Assembly (NCBI GenBank): GCA_904063045.1
Contig: CAJFCJ010000041.1
Span: 80,218 to 144,217 of the forward strand
DNA from: Dimorphilus gyrociliatus
Taxonomy: Eukaryota > Animalia > Annelida
DNA: 64,000 nucleotides
Reading direction: 5' to 3'
Shown: in pieces, positions 40,731 to 50,969 of the stretch
Layout: each line of letters starts with the position of its first letter
Position numbering within the stretch: the stretch's first letter is position 1
Notes under the pieces: generated by a model
Told to the model about the DNA's origin: nothing
The model's input: only the letters and a program-made list of their open reading frames with translations
The model's database searches: none
Program-made: the position numbers and the translations under genes

Positions 40731-43700
40731 GGATGCAAAAGAAAATGTCCATGAAAGAAAACGTCCATAAACTGAAAGAAAACATCCATGAATCAAATGA
40801 ACACATAAAATAAAGAAATTTTCATTTAAATATAAATATATGTTGAAAAACAAATTAACACAAAACTTTAAAAAAACTGGTAGAAATGAAGAAATCTTCA
40901 GGAAAAGAGATACAAAATATCAACTTCCTCTTTTATTTTCACACTCTTAAGGTAATATGAAATTTTTAATTTTTAGAGGTTTTTTTTGTTCTTAATAATC
41001 TCTGTGATTAAAAACTTATTGATTATTTTATTAATAATCAATCTAACATAAATTTAGCAATTTTATTTGTTAATGAAGTTTTTTTTCAAAATTATTGTCA
41101 AAATACTAATTGTTGCATAAATAATCATAATAATGATATGACAAATTCATTTATTAATTTTAGTTTAGCTCTTCTTTTTCTCCAATATTTTAGAAAAAAT
41201 ATTGAATAATCGACAAGTGTTCTATTTGCAATGATAAATTTGTTGGTAGGCAAATAAAAGGCCAATGCTCATTGTGCCTGCATATTTGTCATATAAAATG
41301 TCTGCATGGTTTGTACTATCTTCTATTTGAAAAACATTTACTGTTTTTTTTTCTTCCAGATTCATCAACAGCATCACCACTCTGTTTTATTTGTTATAAA
41401 ATAACTAAAAAAACCTGTTTTGTGATGTTAAAGAGAATTGATGAACCAAAAATATGCAGGGAAAGTGTACCAATAAAAAGTAATTCTATTGCAAAACTTA
41501 ATGAGAAGGAAGAAGCAATTGTTGAATATCCAGAAAAGAATATTGAGGAGAATAACAGCATGACTGAGGAAAAATTAAAAATTGATGAGAAAGGAGACAA
41601 TAATCAAGGACAAGAAAAGAGTACTGAAGAGTTCACAGAAGAATTGAGGTTATCTATATCATGGAGTAGCAATGACAATAATGATGAAAGTATAAACACA
41701 AAGGTTGACAAAGGAAATATCATTAATGGAAGTGATATTGAATATGATAATGAAATTGAAGTTGAAAATTTTGAAACAATTCAAAATGCATATATAGAAT
41801 CTGAAAAAATTGAGGAAGAATCTTTTGAAAGTGAAACATCTGCCAAAGAAAATTCTTCTGACAATTTTCATTTTAAAATTCTGCCACATGGAAGTCAAAA
41901 AGGCAAAGACTTACTTTTTCACAAAGGTTTTTCATATACTATTAAATTAAAAACAAAAACAACTACTGTATGGACTTGTTCTGTCAGAAGCAAAAAAAGA
42001 AAATGTAAAGCAAGCATCAATCAAAAAGGAAGCAATTTTGCAATTGGGACAAACATTCATTGTCATTCAGCAATAAAAAATTTAGAAACCAGGATTTGTA
42101 TAAGAAATGAAATCAAAGGCAATTGTTCTAGTGATATAAATTCTTCAGGTAAAAGAATTGCTGAAAATGTTCTTGTCAAGTATTCTAGTGCTTCAAACTT
42201 ACCAAATATAATTAATTGTAAAGAAGTGGCAAATTGGAATAGAAGGAAGAACAGGCCTATTGTACCCAATGATAAAAACTTTGAGCTGAATATGACATTC
42301 ATTCCTCCTGAATTTTTAAAGAAGGATATAAATATGAATAATGAGAGGATCATTATCTTTGCAACAAATCATCAATTGGAGCTTTTGTCAAAGGGGAAAA
42401 TTTGGTACCTTGATGGTACTTTTAAGATTGCCAATGGACCTTTCATTCAAATGTACTCTATTCATGTATTTTTGAAAAAAAATGGACAGCTTAAGCAAGT
42501 TCCTTTGCTTTTTTCTTTTCTGTCTTCTAAAAAAAAGAGAGCATATAAACTACTTTTCCAGGTAAGAATTACATTTCATAAATATACTTACTAATAAGCA
42601 ATCATGTTAAATTTTTAAGGCTGTGAAGGATTTAGCTGAAAATTGTGCTCCTAAGAAAATAGTCTTAGACTATGAAAAGGCTGTTTGGAAAACTTTACAA
42701 AATATATGGCCTGATGCTGTCTTGACTGGATGTTCATTTCACTGGTCTCAGGCAATATTTAGAAAAATTCAGGTTTATGGATTTCTAAAATTTTTAACAA
42801 TCCAGTTAATATTTTTTTGTTTAAGGAACTTGGTTATAGCAGGGAATTTAGAAAAAAAGAGGGAGCTTGGGAATCCATGAGAATGATTATGTCTTTGCCA
42901 TATTTGCCTCATGGCATGATTGAAAATCAATTCACTAAAATTCAAAATCAACTGACAAAAGAAAATAAACTGTATGATTTGTTGGACTATGTGTCTAATA
43001 GTTGGATAAAAAATACATTTTGGTCTCCAGAGACTTGGTCTGTTTTTGATCAATGCATAAGGACAAATAATGATCTGGAAGGTTATCATCAAAGGCTCAA
43101 TAAAATTGTTGGAGAAAATGTTTCTTTTTATTTAGTGATTGATGAGTTAAAGAGGGAAGCAGACATGATAAATCTGTACAAAAAGCTTTTAAGTGAGAGA
43201 AAGATAATTAGACTTCAAAGGAAGACTTATAGCCAAATTCAAAAAGATCTTTTCTTAATTTGGGAAAATTTTAAAACAGGTGAAATTAATGCAAACCAGC
43301 TTCTGCAGCTTTGCTCAGAATTATATTATTGAAAATAATTGACAATACCTTGATATCAAAAAACTTTACTTGAAAACACTGGTCATTTAATTGTAAAACT
43401 TGAAAAAAGTTTGTCTTTCTTTTAAAGTTGTTTACAAATAATCAATACACAATTTATATGGTAAACCTAAAGTTGTATATATAAAAAGTTTTCTATTAAC
43501 TTGTTTTTCAATATAGATTTACATTTAAATGAAATTTATTTTTATTCATGTTTTCTTTTAGTTCATGGATATTTATTTTTAGTTTATAGACATTTTCTTT
43601 CACTGTATGGACGTTTTCTTTCACTGTATGGACGTTTTCTTTCACTTTATGGACGTTTTCTTTCACTTTATGGATGTTTTCTTTCACTCCATAAGGAAAT

Positions 43701-43957
43701 ATAATTCCTAAAAAATTAAGCTAATAGGAAAAGTTAAGTGATTTTTTTTGTGAATATTTCATTTATTAATTATATGTTTAACATATTCTTTTACCAAAGG
43801 TTTACTTTTTCAACACATATTTATATTTAAATGAAATTTATTTTAATGGACGTTTTCTTTCAGTTCATGGACGTTTTCTTTCAGTTTATGGACATTTTCT
43901 TTCATGGACATTTTCTTTCATGGACATTTTCTTTCATGGATGTTTTCTGTTGACCCC
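40731..43957 (+). mobile_element. Complete MULE DNA transposon
   Basis: 9-bp TSD CTCTGAGGT (40722-40730 / 43958-43966); long imperfect TIRs with GAAAGAAAACGTCCAT repeats. Confidence 0.95.
41206..43332 (+). CDS. PHD-FLYWCH-MULE transposase, 3 introns; start codon not found
   Basis: Introns 41309-41359, 42562-42619, 42773-42825; CSIC..CSLC..H..C..CFIC, WTCSVRSKKRKC, YLDGTF and TNNDLEGYH motifs. Confidence 0.85.
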
Positions 43958-44339
43958 CTCTGAGGTTTGCCTCTGACATCCAATCATCACTTTACAGTTG
44001 CCGAAATGTGTAGTTCATATTTATCTTTAGTAACAGGATGTTACAAGGTTCAACATTTAGGAAGGTTAATTGAATTATAACTTGGCCACACCCTAGGCAA
44101 GTTAATTAAGTTATAACTTGGCCAAACCTTTATTGGTAATTAAAGATGAGCCTTCAAGCTGACTAATCAGACTTATGTTTGGCCAATGTTATAGCATTTT
44201 CTTGCATAGGTTTTAAGATGTACATGTATATGTTGCATAAAATAATAGAGTTCAAGCATGTAAAATATAACCAAAGTTGTACACTGATATATATAAGTTG
44301 TTGAAAGGTTAACATGGGTCTACAGACCATATGCTACAT

Positions 44340-44790
44340 AGTACCCTAAGGATATATATATCAATGAGTTAGTTTTGATCCAAAAAAATCAGTGCTGTGG
44401 CAAAAATGTCCCAAATCTGGGCCGTTTAGGAGTTTCGTTATGCGTTATCCTAGACGTTTCAATTTTGTTGGAGGTGATAGAGCTCGAAAAGAGCTTTTCA
44501 CTGATATGCTACACGACCATGTAGCTCTTACGGTTCAGGAGTGGCTGAGCTTCGAAAATCGAAAATTTTCCGAGTTTGGGTAGAAAAATAAAAATATTTT
44601 TTTCTATCTTTCCGACGTAGGGGCAAGCTTGGATTCAAGTTTGAAAGCAATCCGACGATTTTGAAAAATTGGCCTTCACTGAGGCTCTGGACTTGTAAAG
44701 ATTTCGCGAAAATCAATAATTTTCTAAGTTCATTGTCAGGTTAATTACCTGTAAAAACGTTACATTCGCCTGGGTACTTAGAAAGATTTT
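44340..44790. mobile_element. CpG-rich non-coding segment resembling a non-autonomous DNA transposon
   Basis: Abrupt CpG enrichment against a CpG-poor background; internal palindrome CAGGTTAATTACCTG; single copy in window. Confidence 0.35.
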
Positions 44791-44929
44791 GGAAAAAATA
44801 TTTTCCGAAAATATTTGAAGTCCAGCCTAACACAGTGTTAGAATTGAATCTAGGTCTTCTTCTGTTACATTTTATGAAAAGTGACTTACCTGATTGTTAT
44901 ACCTGCGATTTTTGAAAGGTTACCCTCTA

Positions 44930-45572
44930 ATTACTATAGAACGTAGGGTCGAGATACTGGCGATAGAGTCTAAGGCGGCTAGTCAGCCATCCTCACCTAC
45001 CACTGTTAACTTCAAAGCTCCATAGCTTCGCAACCGCTGGGCCGATTTCGTTCAAATTTTGCACAGTTGCTCAGTTCAATTAGATCTAGCACTGTGTAAA
45101 ATGTCATAACAATTGGAGCAAGTTGAAATTTCAACTTTCGTCAGTGGTCGACTTGCTTTACTGAGCACCAAGTAGGTGATTTGTAGTGAAAAAAGTGTGG
45201 GATTGAACCAGTACCTACCCTAAGGTATAGTAAGCCTCTCAGAGATCAGTCTGGTGGCAATCTAACCAGCCACTTTTCCCCTCTCACTTGATAAAGGAGG
45301 AATACCTCCAAAATATTGTGAGTTTTAATCTGGTGACATTGTTTTAGTTGCTAAATACAGGTTCTCTTCACCCTTGTGGAGAATTTGTAAGTGGTTTTGT
45401 TGGAGATACAGTTACAGCTTAGGCTGGGGAATTGCTACTCAAGATAGCAACTCCTCAATAGCTACACCAACCCTTAGCCAAAGCTTGGTTATAAGTGTGT
45501 GTGCACTTTTGGGATTACCAGTCTGTACTGATTGTGCTAATCCCTAACCCCAAGGCCTAACCTAACCCTAAC
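44930..45572 (-). mobile_element. Repeat family C copy
   Basis: Reverse complement of 33951-34590; ends in CCTAACCTAACCCTAACCCT. Confidence 0.75.
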
Positions 45573-47037
45573 CCTATCCAATATAGAAAAATATTTGTGG
45601 CCTCCTCCAAGCTTATCAAATAAATCTTCCTGATGTGGGATTGGATAACAATTCTTTTTTGATTGCTTGTTAAGTTTTCTGTAATCCACACACATTCTTA
45701 ATGTTCCTTCTTTCTTTTTCACAAAAACAATGGGTGAAGCCCATTGGCTTTTGCTTGCTCTAATTAGACCATTTTCCAATAATCCATTTAATTGATCCCT
45801 GCATTCCTGCTGTTTGTTGGGTGGCAATCTGTATGGTCTTTGTTTGAAAGGCTTTATATCTTCCAATAATTCAATTGCCATTGGTGGAATTGAACAAATG
45901 TTCAAATTCAATACTTTCCAACTGTAATTCTTCTATTTCAGGAGTTACTGGATTTTTCTTTTGTTCTTTTTCCACTTTGATAGTTATTCCATCTTCTAAT
46001 TCTATGTATTGTGGTTTCATTTCCATTTCCATAGCCAAGTCTTCAGTTTCTTCTTCAGAGGAATTTATGAGAATAACTGAGTCATTGTCAGACTTAGGTA
46101 TATTTCCAGTCTCTTCATCAGATGAGTCTATAACCATTATGGAATCATTGTCAGACTCAATTGTGTTACTGGTCTCTTCTTCAGATGAGTCTATAACAAT
46201 CATTGAATCATTATCAGGCTCAGTTATGTTATCAAGCTCTTCCTCAGATGAGTCTATAACAATCATTGAACCATGATCAGAATCAGTTGAATCACTAATT
46301 TCATCTTCAGATGAGCTTGTACCATTGATTATATCCAAATCTGAGTCTGGGCTGTGATCTGATTCAATACTTGTTTCTGTATCATAATTTTCAGAAGTAC
46401 TGGAACTTTCATCTGTGCCATAATTGCTATTTGAATCAAAACCATTGAATCCCTCATAAACTATGCTTGAACCATGAGTGTTGCTTGTATCATAGCCAGT
46501 ATCTGGATTAGTAACTTCCATTTCTGAGTCCACACTATCTGAAACTTCAGATGGAGTATCAAAAACTTCAGATGGAGTGTCAGAATCTTCATAATACTGT
46601 CCCATCATTCCAACAGTTACTTTTTTTACACTGCCTTGTTTTCCAAATTTTGTTTGGTGATTTTCGTTATATTGCAAAAACTTTCTAACTGGTTGTCCTT
46701 TTCTGATAAAGAATGGAAGACAAACTTGTTTTGTTGCAAAATCAATAAGAGCTCCAGCATTTTCTAAGAAATCACAACCAAGTATTATAGCCATATCTAG
46801 TTTTTCCATAATAAAGAATTCTTCTTCCATAATTCTTCCATTAAATTGAATATTCAGTTTTGTTTTTCCTTTTGTCTTTAAAGCATTTCCCTCTGCTGAA
46901 GTGATGATTGGTAAGCCAGTAGTTTCTTTCTTGATGAATTTAGAATCCATTAACCTGATTTCTTTTTCTGTAATAAATGACAAAAGTGCTCCTGAATCAC
47001 ATAAAGCAATAACCTCTCTTCCATTATGATTTTTCAT
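45573..47037 (-). pseudogene. pol: Gypsy pol: protease, acidic repeat spacer and truncated RT
   Basis: ORFs 45871-47037 and 45537-45911 separated by a frameshift; RT stops at FSILD. Confidence 0.8.
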
Positions 47038-48168
47038 TCAAAATTGGAAATCTTTTCTGCCTTTTACCAAAGAAGTACACTTAAAATGTGCGATTTTCTC
47101 TTCTTTGAGATTAAATATTGCCATTCTTCCTTTAGAAATTTCAGTTTCATTAGGTTCATCAGGTCCAACATGTATTAGTCTGTTAAAGCTGCCTTTTTCA
47201 TTATTTCCTGCATTTCCATTTCTTTGTTGTTGAAATCTATTTTGAGAAAAAGGTTTAAATGTATGTTCATTTTGATTTGAGTTACTCTGATTGTTGTCAA
47301 ATCTCCTTTTGTACTGTTTGAATTCATTTTCACTTTCTTTTCTTGCATTATCAAAAAATATTTCTGCTCTTTTTGCCAATTTAATATACTGATTAACTGA
47401 GTTAATCTTTCCATCTTTTTCCACATGATTAACAATTTTTCCTTTAAGACCATTCCTGAATACAGTTAACAGTTGAAGTTCTCTAACTCTTTCAGTAACA
47501 CAAGCCATTTCAGTAGTATTGAATGGTAGGAATTTTTCCACAAGTTCTTTACTTCTTCTAACAAAACTTTGGACAGTTTCATCATTGAACTGTCTCAATC
47601 TATCAATTTCTTTTTTGTAAGCCATAGGATCTGGATTAAATTCTTCATCCAATGCATCCCAAATTTCATTTTCATTTGCCATGGAGGGTAAACTTTCAAT
47701 AACATCTCTGGCTCTTCCAGTAGTGTATTTTCTCAGCATTCGAACTCTTTTCTCTTCTGTATCCCAAAGGTTTAATTCACAAGCTGTTTGAAAGTTCCTC
47801 TTAAAGGCCCAAGTATCTTTGCTACCAGAATAGGGTCTCAGCAAAGTAGTATTAGGTTTCTCATTAGCATCAATTAGAAGACTTGCAATTGTCTTTTCCA
47901 AAGCATTATCTTGAATGCCATTATAACTGAATTCTGGTTGAGTAGGATCAGGATTAACCATACCTTCAGGAATTGTAGCTGCCCCAGTCATCAAATGGTA
48001 CTTTAAAAAGCTATTACCATCAACTTTGGCTCCACTACTTTTAATTCTCAACATTAATTCATTAATTTTTGAAAGATACTCATCTACTTCCTTGGCTCTG
48101 GCTTTGTCATTCTCATAAACCAAAATAACATTCATTGAAGTAGCATTGTGGGCTGTCGACTGCGCCAT
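47038..48168 (-). CDS. gag: Gypsy gag
   Basis: Open ORF after PBS with capsid-like WAFKRNFQTACELNLW..KRVRML..TGRARDVI segment; no zinc knuckle seen. Confidence 0.8.
   Translation of the reverse strand: MAQSTAHNATSMNVILVYENDKARAKEVDEYLSKINELMLRIKSSGAKVDGNSFLKYHLMTGAATIPEGMVNPDPTQPEFSYNGIQDNALEKTIASLLIDANEKPNTTLLRPYSGSKDTWAFKRNFQTACELNLWDTEEKRVRMLRKYTTGRARDVIESLPSMANENEIWDALDEEFNPDPMAYKKEIDRLRQFNDETVQSFVRRSKELVEKFLPFNTTEMACVTERVRELQLLTVFRNGLKGKIVNHVEKDGKINSVNQYIKLAKRAEIFFDNARKESENEFKQYKRRFDNNQSNSNQNEHTFKPFSQNRFQQQRNGNAGNNEKGSFNRLIHVGPDEPNETEISKGRMAIFNLKEEKIAHFKCTSLVKGRKDFQF
48157..48167 (-). promoter_or_regulatory. Primer-binding site TGGCGCAGTCG (tRNA-Ser-like)
   Basis: 4 nt downstream of LTR end; resembles the complement of a tRNA-Ser 3' end. 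Confidence 0.65.
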
Positions 48169-48171
48169 ATT

Positions 48172-49106
48172 TGTACTGTGTTGTATTGTAATTGTAGGAA
48201 TTTCTGGTTCGTCACAACTGTAATCGTCCTTTCCAATCATTTACCAACTTGCCAAAGTACTGGTCCAAATAGAACCTTTAAAGTTCGTCCACAAATAGTC
48301 TAACAAAGGCAATTTCAGTAGAAATTGATTAACAAAACACCAGTATTTCGTCCAAAGAATATGTATTGAGTAAAATGAGCTTCTAGTTCTAAACAAGCTA
48401 GTTTAAACAACTAGCTAAAGGTTAGAAAACTGAACTATCAACTGTTAATTTCGTAGGGTTTATATACTCTTTTAAGGGTTGATAGTTCACAAATTTCAAT
48501 GTTCACAAAAACAAAAGTAACATTTGAAGACAAAGAAAAGTTCTAAATATGGTCATGTTTTTATTGTTTTCCTCTTCGAAATAATAGTTGAATTTCGAAG
48601 GTTGGAGAGTTGCATAAGATGTAACAATTTTAGTAGGACAAGTCCAACAATGAAGAAAACATGTAGATTGTATATTTGACCGTTTTTATATTCTACCTTA
48701 ATAATGATATTCAATTGATTGAGTTAGTAAATTTAGCATCAGCATATAAGGAGGAAGTATATCTGATTAATGCATGTTAAAAAGAACAGTATTGTGTATA
48801 CAATACTGTTGAACAGTGAATATAATCTAAACTTAGAATTGAAGCATAATTGATAATTAATTGAACTAGTTTTAGTTCGAAATCATAAATTTATGGATTA
48901 ATAAATTGTAATATTAATGCTAGGTTGCAAATAGCAAATATTCTTTATATAATTCAATAGGTTTTATTACTGCATAATGTGTATGCACTGCCCTATGCGA
49001 AACTAGGTCACTACTGCTTATCTTTATCAGTGCTATCTGCATAGTACAATACTGGTTCAATACTACTTCTCTATTGTAGAATATAGCTGACGAATGTATG
49101 TGGACA
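48172..49106 (-). repeat. Gypsy 5' LTR (family A, about 935 bp)
   Basis: Both ends defined by the solo copy at 23932-24517. Confidence 0.85.
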
Positions 49107-49261
49107 AACAACAATATAAGTAATATTGATAGGCTAAGCTTGACAATTTTCAATTTGTTTACTATGTATTGAATACAACTGGTTTTCTTCATAAATACTG
49201 TTAGTTTAAACGTAAAGAGTTGTCTATCAATTTTATTCTCATAATAAAATCATAGTTGAAA

Positions 49262-49971
49262 ATGTGGAAAGCCATTTTACTTGTTGCCATTTGCTTTAAT
49301 TTTGTTAGAGCTTATGAAGAGAATTCTCAGTTAAGCTCTCTTAGAAGTTTTGTTGAGAAGGTCAAAAAGGAAATTGAATTGAACAGTTTACAGCAATTGG
49401 TTAGAAAATCGGTAAAAAAATTCTAATAATTTTTTTGTAGAAAATTCATGATAACATTCAAACATTTCTTTAAAAGTTAATGAAGAGAGAAAACTATGAT
49501 AGTCAGCTTCCAATTTGGCTTGATGAAGAAAGAGAGTACTTTGATGGATATCTACCTGTTGAGCAAATTACTATCATTGGTAAAGATGGAGCCTTTGCAA
49601 CTAAACATTCTGGAGGACTAAATGTACCACTAACTGATCCTCAAAGAGAACTAATTGTTGAAAAGATGAAAGCAAATGATGTTGGATTCTTTATGGTAAT
49701 TTAAATAATTTTAAAAGGTTTAAAATGAAAATTTGCTCTAAAAGAACCAGGGGTATTTTTTTTAAAACAGGGAATTGTTCTTCACATTGAAGGAGGTCAC
49801 TTTCAGTATGTTGCAACTCATGACTCTGTAATTTTTTATTATGACCCCAGAAGGGGATACATGGCAATAGGAAAGTCTGGAAATGGGATTGTAATTGTAC
49901 GTGCCGATCTTACTAAGAATGCACAAAATATGTTTGTTTTTATCCAAAGGATTGGGAGACATATTCAATAA
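49262..49971 (+). CDS. Signal-peptide-containing profilin-like protein, 3 exons, about 185 aa
   Basis: join(49262..49399,49477..49695,49771..49971); MWKAILLVAICFNFVRA signal; ITIIGKDG, MGIVL..GG.FQYV, GYMAIGKSGNGIVIV and RIGRHI match the profilin pattern by eye. Confidence 0.6.
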
Positions 49972-50059
49972 TTATGAGTAAATAATCAGTTTAATGAATT
50001 TAAGACCGCGGATTGAAATGAACACATGCTTTTATTCTGTCAATAATATTTTCTGAATA

Positions 50060-50155
50060 GGTTAGGAACTGAACTATCAACTGTTAATTTCGTAGGGTTT
50101 ATATACTCTTTTAAGAGTTGATAGTTCACCAATTTCAATGTTCACAAAAACAAAA
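50060..50155 (-). mobile_element. LTR-A fragment
   Basis: Matches 48420-48515. Confidence 0.75.
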
Positions 50156-50273
50156 AAGCAGCTTTATCTTGAAAGTACCACCAATGTACAAAACAGTTGG
50201 ATTTTGATAATAAATTCAGCTGATGGTTTGTTGCAAAGATTAAAATTCTCTCTCTTTGTTTAACAACAAAAGA

Positions 50274-50306
50274 AGGGTTAGGGTTAGGGTTAGGGTTAGG
50301 TTAGGG
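50274..50306 (+). repeat. Telomeric repeat tract 1 (TTAGGG with one TTAGG)
   Basis: direct reading; G-rich strand on +. Confidence 0.9.
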
Positions 50307-50363
50307 TTTGGTAAGGGTTATGGGTTAGGCCACTCACACAACTCTGGTAATGTTTTTGGGAAC
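50297..50363 (-). mobile_element. 67-bp 5'-truncated copy of the Penelope-like element 3' end
   Basis: Identical to 50471-50537. Confidence 0.9.
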
Positions 50364-50480
50364 AGGGTTAGGTTAGGTTAGGGTTAGGTTAGGGTTAGGT
50401 TAGGGTTAGGGTTAGGGTTAGGGTTAGGTTAGGGTTAGGGTTAGGGTTAGGTTAGGGTTAGGGTTAGGGTTAGGTTAGGG
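50364..50480 (+). repeat. Telomeric repeat tract 2, mixed TTAGGG/TTAGG
   Basis: About 20 units, direct reading. Confidence 0.95.
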
Positions 50481-50812
50481 TTTGGTAAGGGTTATGGGTT
50501 AGGCCACTCACACAACTCTGGTAATGTTTTTGGGAACTGGTTAGCTAGTGTTCCAGTGTAATACCTAACTTTTACTCAATGTTAGGTAGGGGTTCTCCTT
50601 GGTCAGGATTATAGATCTGGGCTCCCAGTCTTAGTCAGGTTTTGGGAACTGGTTAGTTGGTGTTCCAGGGTTCTACCAATTTTCCAATAGGTAGGAGTTC
50701 TCTATGTCTGAGCTCCTTGGTGCTTCAGTGCTCTGTCAAACTCTTAGTCTTATTCAATAACAATTAAATTTTTTCTTTTTCATCAACTTTTTATTTTAAA
50801 CTTTAAAACATA

Positions 50813-50857
50813 TTACAACAATATTTCGCCTCTACTTGAGGCTTCATCAGGTTGTAA
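50813..50857 (-). ncRNA. Minimal type I hammerhead ribozyme
   Basis: TTACAAC-CTGATGA-A-GCCTC(AAGTA)GAGGC-GAAA-TATT-GTTGTAA. Confidence 0.85.
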
Positions 50858-50880
50858 GTTAAACTGAACACCAACATAAG

Positions 50881-50969
50881 TATTTATACCATCACCACAA
50901 AAAAAAAAAAAAATTTTATATATAAAAAACATGAAAACAAGATGGCTGCCCTTGCACTAGCGCCACCTA
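50881..50969 (-). promoter_or_regulatory. Putative PLE promoter: TATAAATA plus YY1-like and CTCF-like motifs (repeated in each unit)
   Basis: TATAAATA 50881-50888 (-), CAAGATGGCTGC 50938-50949 (+), TAGGTGGCGCTAGTG 50955-50969 (-). Confidence 0.45.

Larger units (their letters stand above)
40413..44283 (-). mobile_element. Solo LTR family B split by a MULE
   Basis: 40413-40730 + 43958-44283 reconstitute the reverse complement of LTR-B. Confidence 0.85.
45573..49106 (-). mobile_element. Ty3/Gypsy LTR retrotransposon, 3'-truncated in RT
   Basis: 5' LTR, PBS, gag, protease (ALCDSGA..ILGCDFL), RT start (RPYRLP..SQWASPIVFVKKKEG..CVDYRKLN..YPIP). Confidence 0.9.

Noticed and set aside
45875-46276. 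133-aa plus-strand Ser-rich ORF
   Set aside because: Antisense of the acidic Gypsy spacer
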